64,000 nt of DNA, from the NCBI RefSeq assembly GCF_006345805.1, contig NC_043015.1:49352001-49416000 (forward strand), in the 5' to 3' direction. A program made the translations under genes and the position numbers. The stretch comes from Octopus sinensis (lineage: Eukaryota). The stretch's first letter is position 1; each line of letters starts with the position of its first letter. This document shows positions 54,031 through 64,000 of this stretch, piece by piece. Below the pieces are notes generated by a model. That model had not been told where the DNA came from. It did no database searches and saw only the letters and a program-made list of their open reading frames with translations.

Positions 54031-54129
54031 TGAGAGAGAGAGAGAGAGAGAGAGAAAACGAGATAGTCATGGCCGGAACAATTTTCAACTACTACTACTA
54101 CTACTACTACTGGTGGTGGTGGTGGTAGC

Positions 54130-54270
54130 TTCGTATTTGTAGTTGAGAAGAGATTTCGGGTTCAGTCCCACTGCACGGCCCCTTGGGTAAAATATCTTCT
54201 ACTATAGCCCTGGACCGCCTAATCCGTTGTGAGTGGATTTGGTAGGAGAAAACTGCCTGGAAACCCATCG

Positions 54271-54302
<32 letters not shown>

Positions 54303-54545
54303 TGTATGTATGTATGTATGTATGTATGTATGTATGTATGTATGCATGCATGCATGTATGTATGTATGTATGTATGTATGTATGTGTGTATTTATGTATG
54401 CATGCATGCGCGTGTGTGTGAGTGTGTGTGTGTTTATATACATCTTTCTGTTCGTTACCTAATCGCTTGACAACCGATGTTGGCTTGTTTACGTCACCAT
54501 AACCTAGCGATTTAGCAAAACGTGAACGATAGAATGAATATCAGA
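54130..54545 (+). mobile_element. SINE family A (diverged)
   Basis: Head, (TATG)n hinge, partial tail. Confidence 0.75.
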
Positions 54546-54550
54546 CTTAA

Positions 54551-55101
54551 CGTAGGCATCACTATGAACTTTTTGAAAATATTTAAATGTAATTCGTGCA
54601 GTACTTTTTCTTTGAGAGCATCCGAAGAGAAGAATTTTGATACCTCATTTAGGAAATTTGGATGAAAATATGACAATTTGAAAGGTCAGCGAATCAGTCG
54701 AAATCTTGCCTAATGAGGCCTAAATGAATAATTAGCCATATTTGTGATGTCATATCTTTGAAACTTAAGAGTTAATCATCTTCAAATTACACGAATTAAT
54801 AGCGACCATGGTGTAGCGGTTGCCTAATTTTATTTTTTAGGTTCTTGCAAAGGAAATTTTTTTTAATTTTTGGCACTTAAATATTTACGTAAAGTGTATT
54901 TTGTTACGTGTTTTCGCGGTGTTTTCAGGCCAAGCTAAATCCAAAAGTGTAAACCACAGGCACTTGAGTTTCGGCACAATTATTATAGGTATAGAACTAA
55001 ATAAATCCTGAGACTTTGGGACATGAAACCATCTCAATAAAATTTCAACGGACTTATTAAAAATGGCCATAAATGGCGGAGCTTGGATCAGGACGCCAAC
55101 G
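54551..55101. mobile_element. Possible MITE with short TIRs and TAA flanks
   Basis: TAA|CGTAGGCATC ... GACGCCAACG|TAA. Confidence 0.3.
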
Positions 55102-55435
55102 TAATTTGGATTTTACTCTGATTTGACAGGGATTTTTCCAAGTAGTAGAAGTAGTAGTAGTAGTAGAAGTAGTAGTAGTAGTAGTGTAGTAGTAGTAGTA
55201 GTAGTAATAGTAATAATAATAATAATGATAATAATAGTAATAGTAGTAGTAGTAATAATAATAATAATAATAGTAGTAGAAGTAGTAGTAGTAGTAGTAG
55301 TAATATACCCACAGCATTACCTACTGTATGAATGTCCATTTTTCTCTGACTCCAGGAACACACACAAGCACACACACACACACACACACACAGCACGCAC
55401 ACACACAAGCACGCACACACACAGAGGCATACACA

Positions 55436-56700
55436 TGCCGACAAATGTACCACCATGCATTTTGGAAGGAAAACCCCAGCGTCTACTTAGTCCCTCCACA
55501 ACACTAATCTCAAAAAGTCTTCTTGTGACCTGAGCATTATTGTTGACAGCGATTTGCGTTGGACAAAACACATTGCTAAAATTGCCAAGAAGGCTGAGGG
55601 TGTCTTGGCATCACTCACCAAGTCCTTTGTGAGCCACTCTCCGCCTATCTATCTGAGGCTTTATATAGCTATGGTGCGGCCTCACCTGGAATTTGCATCA
55701 CCGGTCTGGAACCCCTATCTTGTCCAGGATATTAATCGTCTGGAAACCGTTCGGCGACGTGCAACCAAGAGAATACCCTCCGTCAGGCATTTGCCATATT
55801 CTGAACACCTTACTTCCCGGGGCATGGACACATTGAAACTCCGGCGTCTGGCAACTGACTTGGCAGACACCCATAAAATTATTAACCATCTTACAAACTA
55901 TAACTCTGAACACCTTTTCAAACTCCACCTGTCTAACACCCGTGGACATGTTTACAAAGTCAGAAAACAGCACAGCTCCCATGACTTTCGGAAACATTTT
56001 TTCACGCTAAGAGTTGCTGAAGTATGGAACAAACTGCCGGCATCAGTTGTTAGTTGTCGGAGCATTGCATCCTTCAAAACTTCCATGCTTCCTGAGACTC
56101 GCCAACATTACACCTGATTTTCTCCCCTCCATACACACGCAAGCATGTATCGGATCTTTTCAGTTTGAACGGCAGTTTTTTCTAGCAGTGTCATATGAAA
56201 TTGTCACCCATAATTATGACCCTAGTATCGATATATTGCATTTCAATCGGTTTTAGGGTTAGGGTTAGTGTTAGGATATCTTTTTTTCTTCACAAATGTA
56301 AATAAAACCAATCTGTTTCTTAAACGAGGGACATATTCATACGGTACATAATGTTTTTTACCTCAATACATGTAATTGATTGGTTGAAATTGCAGAAATT
56401 GAAGAAAAAACAACAACTATCTTACAAACTATCGAATTTTCTCAATAAAGCCACGAGAAAAAGATGTTTTATAAACACGTTCAACCAGTATACGAAGTTT
56501 AAAATTTTTAGTTACCTAGAAATTATGTTAAAAACTGCCGGTCAAACCGAAAAGATCCAATGTATCTGACTCATACACTGTTCACTTTCCAGACATTTGT
56601 ACATTACTGCATATGCTTTATACGCACTTTTTGACAAGTTGTGGTGTACCTGAGTACTGCATACAATAAATTCATTACCATTATGTTATATTATACACAC
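55436..56700 (+). pseudogene. Decayed CR1-like LINE 3' fragment; MITE M1 inserted in its 3' UTR
   Basis: Paralogous to 41215-41950; frame 55554-56117 open. Confidence 0.9.
56152..56558. mobile_element. Merlin-like MITE family M1
   Basis: Same TIRs; TSD CATGTATC/AATGTATC. Confidence 0.85.
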
Positions 56701-57264
56701 GCACACAGGTGCAATGTCAATGTAAAGGACAAGGCCTCCTACATCCCCACTACACAGTCAGTGCGATAAGGTGTAATGGGAACTGAAGGATGCAAACATC
56801 AGCGACTTGTGATGTTTTATGTCATGAGGTGATAATTATATTTAGAATATGGCCATGTTTACCTTAGATAGCACTTATTTCGTTATAGGAATGATTCATT
56901 GGCGTCGATAATCGATAAAACAGAGACTCATGATACAGGTAAAAAAAACCTTGAACCAGACTGACGTTTTACTTGTATGTATGTATAGATGTGTGTATGT
57001 ATGTATGTATGTATGTGTGTGTGTATGTATGTATGTATGTATGTATGTATGTATGTGTGTATGTATGTATGGATGTATGTATGTATGTATGTGTGTGAGT
57101 GTGTATGAATGTATGTGTGTATGTATGTATGTATGTGTGTGTGTATGTATGTATGTATGTATGTATGTATGTATGTATGTGCGTGTGCATGTATGTATGT
57201 ATGTATGTATGTATTATGCATGTATGTGTGTGTATGTATGTATGTATGTATATATTTGTTCATA

Positions 57265-57336
<72 letters not shown>

Positions 57337-57689
57337 AAACACACACATGAAGTGGTATCACAAAGTTCCCGGACTAATTCTGTTGCGCGCCAACAGGTGG
57401 TAGCACATGGTTGCGTGCGCAGCAAGAGCTAGCAGTGACCTTCCATGAGACAGCGTGCCGTGTGATATCGCTGTGTTTACTTTGCAAGTTGTGAAATATG
57501 CGCTTTTGTCATTACGTGTATGCTGTAGTCTGCGATTTTGCCATGGACAGGAAGTTGGAATAGAGAGCCAATGTGAAATTTTGCGTTAAACTTGGAAAGT
57601 CTGCTACAGAGACATTGAGCATGCCCGGGCAAGCTTACGGCAACAACAAAAACAATAACAAGAGCAGCAGCAGCAACAACAAGAACAAC

Positions 57690-57840
57690 ATTGAATAATA
57701 CCTTAGGAATGAGAACCCAGGTTCGAAATTTCCCCAAGACACCTGAAGAAGGCTGGAGGATATATCAACCGAAACGTTGTGTTAACAACAAACAAGACGA
57801 GGACAAATATCCGTCAAATGTAAGTAATGTAAATAATGTT
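57690..57840 (+). mobile_element. Penelope-like terminal-repeat fragment inserted in the mariner
   Basis: Contains the hammerhead and an AATGTAAATAATGT tail; the same tail is reversed at about 9068-9103. Confidence 0.55.
57738..57783 (+). ncRNA. Minimal type I hammerhead ribozyme motif
   Basis: GACAC-CTGAAGA-A-GGCTG...CAACC-GAAAC-GTT-GTGTT. Confidence 0.65.
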
Positions 57841-58391
57841 CTGCTGTGACGTTTTGAAGAGGTTTTTTTGCGGGGGATGGGGGACATTTGGCGAAAGTAA
57901 CTGGATCTGTGAAGCGTGAAGAATTGGATTCTTCTCGACGACAATCCACCTTGTCACCGAGTTGTTCTCACTTATGAGTTTCTCGCCAAAAACAACATGG
58001 TATTACTTCCGTTTCCGCCCTATTCGCCAGATTTATCACCTGCAGACTTCCATCTCTTCTCCAGAATGAAAATGCAGCTCAAAGGTCGCCTTTTTTTTTT
58101 TTTTACATCGTTGTCAAGGTCCAGAGCGAATCATAAAGGGTCTTCGACTCGCTTAAGAAAAAACGACTTCTAGGCCAGATTCCCAAAGTGATAGGAACAT
58201 TGGGACTTGTATATTGCGGCGCAAGGTGACTATTTCGAAGGGTATGATAATAAAATTTAGGTAACTAAGTTATTTATTTTTTATTAAACATAACTAGTCA
58301 GGTAACTTTGTGATACCATCTCGTATACATACAAATGTCACCACCGACAAAAACATTGGTGACGGACGACAGGCGATTGATTATAAGTTGA

Positions 58392-58840
58392 GGATCTTTT
58401 CGGTTTGAACGGCAGTTTTTTCTAGCGGTGTCATATGAAATTGTCACCCATAATTATAACCCTAGTATCGATCTATTGCATTTCAATCTGTTGCATTTCA
58501 AGGGTTAGGGTTAGTTAGGGTTAGTTAGATTTGGGTTAGGGTGGGGGAAGGGTATCTTTTTTTCTTCACAAATGTAAATAAACCCAATCTGTTTCTTAAA
58601 CGAGGGACATATTCAAACGGCACAGAATGTTTTTTTTACCTCAATGGACCTCATTGATTAGTTGAAATTGCAGAAATTGAAGAAGAAAAAACAACAAATA
58701 TCTTACAAACTATAGAATTTTCTCAATAAAGCCAGGAGAAAAAGATGTTTTATAAATAGATTCTACCAGTATACGAAGTTTAAAATTTTTTAGTTACGTG
58801 GAAATTATGTTAAAAACTGCCGTTCAAACCGAAAAGATCC
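58392..58840. mobile_element. Merlin-like MITE family M1
   Basis: Perfect 29-bp TIRs; perfect 8-bp TSD TAAGTTGA. Confidence 0.92.
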
Positions 58841-58975
58841 TAAGTTGAACTGTCAATGCTGTTAGCAGATCCCGTGAAAGAGCTGAGAATATTCTGAACA
58901 ATGGACTTTACATGAAGACGGTTTCTGCTCGGTTGGTGCCACGTCTTCTGACACCTGATTAAAAGCAATTGAATA

Positions 58976-59470
58976 ACTTGTATTTCTCTATTATACGATG
59001 TAGAGAATACTAATGATATTAATTCTAAATTTAAATCTAGAAACGAACCCCCGTATAATAGAGAAATACAAGTCTTAGAAGATAATATTTGGAAAGTGGT
59101 GAAAAATATTAAATTTCATAAATACCCAAACAGACATTTAAGAAATTTAGCTATTAGAATAAAAGAAATGAGAAATATGGAAGGTATTATTGTACAATCA
59201 GATAAAACTAGGAACCTATATAAACTAGATGTTAAATTATATGATAACCTATTAGAGAAATAAATAAATAAAAAATATAAAATTGTTCCAGATAATACAC
59301 TTTATACTATAAATAAGGCCTCTAAATTAGTAATGATATAAGTTAGATAATAGAACCTTATGTACCTATGCACCCTAGAATTACCTTGAAGGATAATTTT
59401 TTTTCAGGCCCTAAAGTTAGATTAATTTGTCCATGTAAATCAGACCTAGGTAAATTGAGTAAATTAACAC
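58976..59470 (+). pseudogene. Penelope-like RT N-terminal fragment
   Basis: FKSRNEPPY, SDKTRNLYKL, ITLKD, VRLICPCKSDLGKLSK resemble motifs of Penelope-like RTs as I recall them. Confidence 0.7.
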
Positions 59471-60174
59471 GGTAAACTCTAATATTGAGGCAGATCCAGC
59501 TGGTCTCTTTGAACGTTTCCTAACCCAGGATGAGAGTTGAGTTCATCACTTCGAGCTAGAGACAAAGAGACAATCCATGCAGTGGAAACTCCCTTCCAAA
59601 GAAGGCCGAAGTCGTTTCATTTGCAGGGAAGGTGATGGCCTCAGTTTTTAGGTCACAAAAGTCATTGTTTATTGTTTATTGACTACCTTCAAAAGGGTCA
59701 CAAATTCAATGGGAAGTTCTATGCCAACTTGCTTAGGCGGTTACGGAAGGCTGTCAAGAATAAACGCCCAGGAAAACTGACAAAAAGGGGTTATGCTTCA
59801 TCCGGACACTGTTCCAGCACACAAGTATTTGCTTTCAAAAGCTGCTGTGCATGACTGTGGTTTTGAACTGGTTGATCATTCACCGTAATCTCCAAGTTAA
59901 GCCCCATCTGACTATTGCCCGTTCCCCAACATGAAAAAACAATTGGCTGGGAACTAGTGGCGCCGTGATGATGATGTCATATCTGCTGTTGATTTTTTTT
60001 TTTTTTGACCAATAGAATGAAAGTTTCTTCACCAATGGGTCCAAGCACTGCAACACCGATAGAGTAAGTGTTATGGACCGCAAGGGGGAATTATGTCCAA
60101 AAATAAACCTCATTTGGTCACATCGCATGAGAGTATCCGGTCAGGCTATGAACTTTTCAGCCGACCCTCACATA

Positions 60175-60570
60175 GGCGTAGCAGTGGCTGTGTGGTAAGT
60201 AGCTTGTTTACCAACCACACGGTTCCGGGTTCAGTCCCACTGCGTGGCACTTTGGGCAAGTGTCTTCTACTATAGCCTTGGGTCGACCAAAGCCTTGTGA
60301 GTGAATTTGGTAGACGGAAACTGAAAGAAGCCCGTCGTATATATGTATATATATATGTATGTGTGTGTGTGTCTGTGTCTGTGTTTGTCCCCCCCAACAT
60401 CACTTGACAACCGAGGCTGGTGTGTATACGTCCCCGTAACTTAGCGGTTCGGCAAAAGAGACCAATAGAATAAGTACTAGGTTTACAAAGAATAAGTCCT
60501 GGGGTCGATTTTCTCGACCAAAGTCGATACACCAGCATGGCCGCAGTCAAATGACTGAAACAAGTAAAAA
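60175..60570 (+). mobile_element. SINE family A
   Basis: Full length. Confidence 0.92.
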
Positions 60571-60615
60571 GAAAAAAAATTACGTATGTATGCATGTATA
60601 ATACGTTGCTGTATC

Positions 60616-60883
60616 TGGGGAGGGTCATATTGTTTTAATGTCTTATTATCTAACACACTCACCGGTTCGATTTCCGTTCATTGATTATTTATATTTTTTC
60701 TTCCAAAATTTTTTTCCTTCCAAAATATTTTTCTTCCAAAATATTGCAATAACAGACAGAATCAACATCCATTGACAAGGTTGCAAAAGCAACGAAAATT
60801 TTGGAAGAAAAAATATAAATAATACATGAGTGGAAATCGAACCGGTGCGTGTGTTAGGCATTGAGACAATATGACCCTCCCCA
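60616..60883. mobile_element. Long-TIR MITE, unclassified
   Basis: GGGGAGGGTCATATTG ... CAATATGACCCTCCCC, with ~90-bp imperfect arms. Confidence 0.7.
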
Positions 60884-61077
60884 AACACAACAAAATTTGC
60901 ATCAACATCATCCATTTCACAGTGTTTCGTCACTTAAACTTTGGTGTCCCGCGAGTATTTCTGGAGTATTGATCGGACGAAAGAGTACAGAAGTAGTACA
61001 GCTGACCTCTTACTGCTTCCATTATGCGGCAATACTTTCTGTTCTGGATGATAGCGTTTTCAGGCTGGCTTACTAAG

Positions 61078-61429
61078 TACAGGCATACTTCAACTTACGT
61101 CGTTTCGCGTTACGTCTTTTTTCGTTTTCTTTAAAGAAATTAACGGGGAAAATAAACGTCAGCTTCAGTCGATTTATCCAACTTTACGTCGGTCTCAGCA
61201 AACAATTAAAAGCATAAAAATTAATAGAAGAAAAAAAAAACTAACAAACTAGAAACCAATGTTGAAGTGGAAAATCGTATAAAATACAAGTGAAACTACG
61301 TACAAACGATTTATTAAAACGGATATAAGTTAATAAAGTTGATTACTATGACTTTCGTGTTACGTCGTTTTTTGAGTTAAGTCACATGACTTGGAACCAA
61401 TTACCGACGTAAGTTGAGGTATGCTAATA
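61078..61429. mobile_element. pogo/Tigger-like MITE
   Basis: TA|CAGGCATACTTCAACTTACGTC ... GACGTAAGTTGAGGTATGC. Confidence 0.7.
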
Positions 61430-61511
61430 CATCCGTTTGTTTGTACACAACTGTCTTCGTATATGTATATGTATAATATATATATAATATATATATATTA
61501 TATATATATTA

Positions 61512-61556
<45 letters not shown>

Positions 61557-61717
61557 TGTATGTATGTATGTATGTATGCTTATATTTATGTATATATCAG
61601 TCAACCACGGTAGTGGTTGAATATATTCTTAAGTCTACCGTTTCGTCAATCGCAGCATCTTCCAAGCTTCTCCACCAATTCGGTTCTCAACTAAATTGCA
61701 AATTGTAAATAGTTTCA

Positions 61718-61898
61718 AATGCTTAGGGGTATTTCGTCTGTCTTTACGTTCTGAGTTCAAATTCCGCCGAGGTCAACTTTGCCTTTCATCCTTTCGGAGT
61801 CGATAAATTAAATACCAGTTACGTACTGAGGTCGATCTAATCGATTACTGGCCCCTTCCCCTAAAATTTCGGGCCTTGTGCCTAGAGTAGAAAAGAAT
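61718..61898 (+). mobile_element. SINE family B with tail 2
   Basis: Same core, different 3' end. Confidence 0.8.
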
Positions 61899-62469
61899 AA
61901 TAGTGCAGTTGACCAAACAATCGAATGGCGACCGGTGGAAATCGATGGACGACTCATCACATTAAACATACAACTTAACGACAATGCAGTCAATCAGCCG
62001 ACATTTATCGCCGTGGTAGTGTAAAACGGAAGTAGTAGTAGTGGTGGTGAAATATCTGTTTGTTGAATGTTGTATATTTTATACGGATGGCTTCTGCTTT
62101 TTAAAAGCGTATTCTTTAAGGAGGAATCGCAATAAAATAGTTCAGATAGATATCCACGCTAATCAGAACTGACGCCGATTTCATAGCGATGATCTGTTGG
62201 AGGTAAACATCTAATCTAATTTGTCCATTGTTAAGATGTTTTTTCTTCCGTTCTCTCCCCCCTCTCTCTCTCTTTCTATCTATTTCTTTCTTTTCCCGTT
62301 GTTTTATCCGGTGAGAGAGAAATAGAGACCTGCACTATCAATAATGATGCGCAATTCTTGTAGTATTTTGTGTCACACGAACGAACGAACGAACCATAAT
62401 GTTTGTTATTTAATCAGATTCATCAACGAAACACACTGGATACAGTTAGTTGTTGGCTTCTAAACGAAA

Positions 62470-62805
62470 AAAGGAGGACAGAGAGGGAAAGCGAGAGAGT
62501 GAGGGAGGGGGAGAAGGAGAGAGTGAAGAAGAGGAGAGGGGACGTAGGGAGAGGGAGAGGGAGGGAGATAGTGAAGGAGAGAAAGAAGGAGAGGGGAGAA
62601 AGATGGAGAGGAGAGAGAGATGGAGAGGAGGGAGAGATGGAGAGGAGAGAGAGATGGAGAGGAGAGAGAAAAGGAAACAGAGAGGGGAAGAAAGAGAGAG
62701 TTAGGGAGAGAGAATAAGAGAGACGAGGAGAGAGAAAGAGGGAGAGAGAGGGAGAGAAGGGAAGATGGAGAGAGAGAAGGAGAGAGAGAGAGGAGAGAGA
62801 GAAAG

Positions 62806-62855
<50 letters not shown>

Positions 62856-62860
62856 AGCTG
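62470..62860. repeat. GA-rich low-complexity tract
   Basis: Direct reading. Confidence 0.9.
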
Positions 62861-62972
62861 ACTGAACTAAATTTTTTCACCAAACTTTCGGCTTCTCGTC
62901 TGATGGAACGAACATCTTGGGACCGAATGCCATAGAACTATCTGAACAATTTGGAAAACGAAAGGGTCTCTA

Positions 62973-63348
62973 TGTAGGAATGGCTGTGTGGTAAGTAGCT
63001 TGCTTACCAACCACATGGTTCCGGGTTCAGTCCCACTGCGTCGCACCTTGGGCAAGTGTCTTCTACTATAACCTTAGGCCGACCAAAGCCTTGTGAGTGG
63101 ATTTAGTAGACGGAAACTGAAAGAAGCCTGTCGTATGTGTATATGTTTGTGTGTCTGTGTTTGTCCCCCACAACATCGTTTGACAACCGATGCTGGTGTG
63201 TTTACGTCGCCGTAACTAGCGGTTCGGCAAAAAGAGTGCGTAAGTAGAAAAATAAGTACTAGGCTACAAAGATAAGTCCTCGACTAAAGGCGGTGCTCCA
63301 GCATAATCGCAGTCAAATGACTGAAACAAGTAAAAGAGTAAAAGAGTA
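62973..63348 (+). mobile_element. SINE family A next to the assembly gap
   Basis: Full length, with indels near the gap. Confidence 0.88.
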
Positions 63349-63356
63349 TGTAGTCG

Positions 63357-63456
63357 NNNNNNNNNNNNNNNNNNNNNNNNNNNNNNNNNNNNNNNNNNNN
63401 NNNNNNNNNNNNNNNNNNNNNNNNNNNNNNNNNNNNNNNNNNNNNNNNNNNNNNNN
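63357..63456. other. Assembly gap (100 N)
   Basis: N run. Confidence 1.
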
Positions 63457-63665
63457 TGGGCCCCACCTGCAAGGTCATGTGCTGTTTATCTTGATATGAG
63501 ATCACCATGTCGCGCACATATGGTTGTGATGCATGTGCATGGTGTACCTTTATCAGACGGGTAGTCATGATGTGTATATTGGGCTTCGTATATTTTACCC
63601 CAGTGTCACTTTGAGGCATACACTGCTCTCTCACTCAATAATAATAATAAAAATAATAATAATAT

Positions 63666-63903
63666 TTATTTCTTTATTGCCCTCAGGGGGCTAAACATAG
63701 AGGGGACAAGCAAGGACTGACAAGGGGATTAAGTCGATTTACATCGACCCCAGTGATTAACTAGTACTTATTTAATCGACCCCGAAAGGATGAAAGGCAA
63801 AGTCGACCTCGGCGGAATTTGAACTCAGAACGTAAACGGCGGACGAAATACCGCTAGGTATTTCGCCCGGCGTGCTAACGTTTCTGCTAAGCTCGCCACC
63901 TTA
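63666..63903 (-). mobile_element. SINE family B
   Basis: Full-length reverse copy. Confidence 0.9.
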
Positions 63904-63918
63904 ATTAATAATAATGAT

Positions 63919-63958
<40 letters not shown>

Positions 63959-64000
63959 GTAGTAGTAGTAGTAGTAGTAGCAGCAGCAGCAGCAGCAGTA

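Larger units (their letters stand above)
57347..58325 (+). pseudogene. Internally deleted mariner transposon
   Basis: TIRs GTGGTATCACAAAGTT/AACTTTGTGATACCAT; N-terminal MDRKLE*RANVKFCVKLGKSATET; C-terminal DDNPPCH and PYSPDLSPADF. Confidence 0.88.
58330..60174 (+). pseudogene. Second decayed mariner transposase with nested insertions
   Basis: VSARLVPRLLTPD (WVPREL-like), LTQDES, YANLLRRLRKAVKNKRPGKL, APSDY; right TIR CTATGAACTTTTCAGCCGACCCTC. Confidence 0.85.

Noticed and set aside
63230-63356. Apparently novel SINE variant with deletions
   Set aside because: Adjacent to the N gap; most likely low-quality contig-end sequence

Overview
AT-rich, repeat-saturated animal genomic DNA. The SINE/LINE families match those I recognise from octopus genomes; this is from memory, not a database search. 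No host protein-coding gene can be identified, and almost all ORFs in the six-frame track are microsatellite or SINE artefacts. The window is mostly tRNA-derived SINEs (about four families) and RTE-clade and CR1-like LINE fragments, one with an intact 3' RT reading frame. It also holds decayed mariner elements, piggyBac-, pogo- and Merlin-like MITEs, Helentron-type (HINE) elements, Penelope-like fragments, a probable solo LTR, long microsatellites and a 100-N gap. The most notable signals are: (1) minimal hammerhead ribozyme folds in Penelope-derived fragments; (2) a GG-terminated MITE family with 8-bp TSDs that carries telomeric TTAGGG arrays; (3) local rearrangements whose mechanism can be read from the sequence (SINE-SINE unequal crossover, inverted duplications, long foldbacks); (4) a PHD-type finger inside an RTE reverse transcriptase and a minisatellite derived from the end of that ORF; (5) two candidate promoter regions. 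Element boundaries were read by eye and may be off by a few bases; identities are by-eye estimates.
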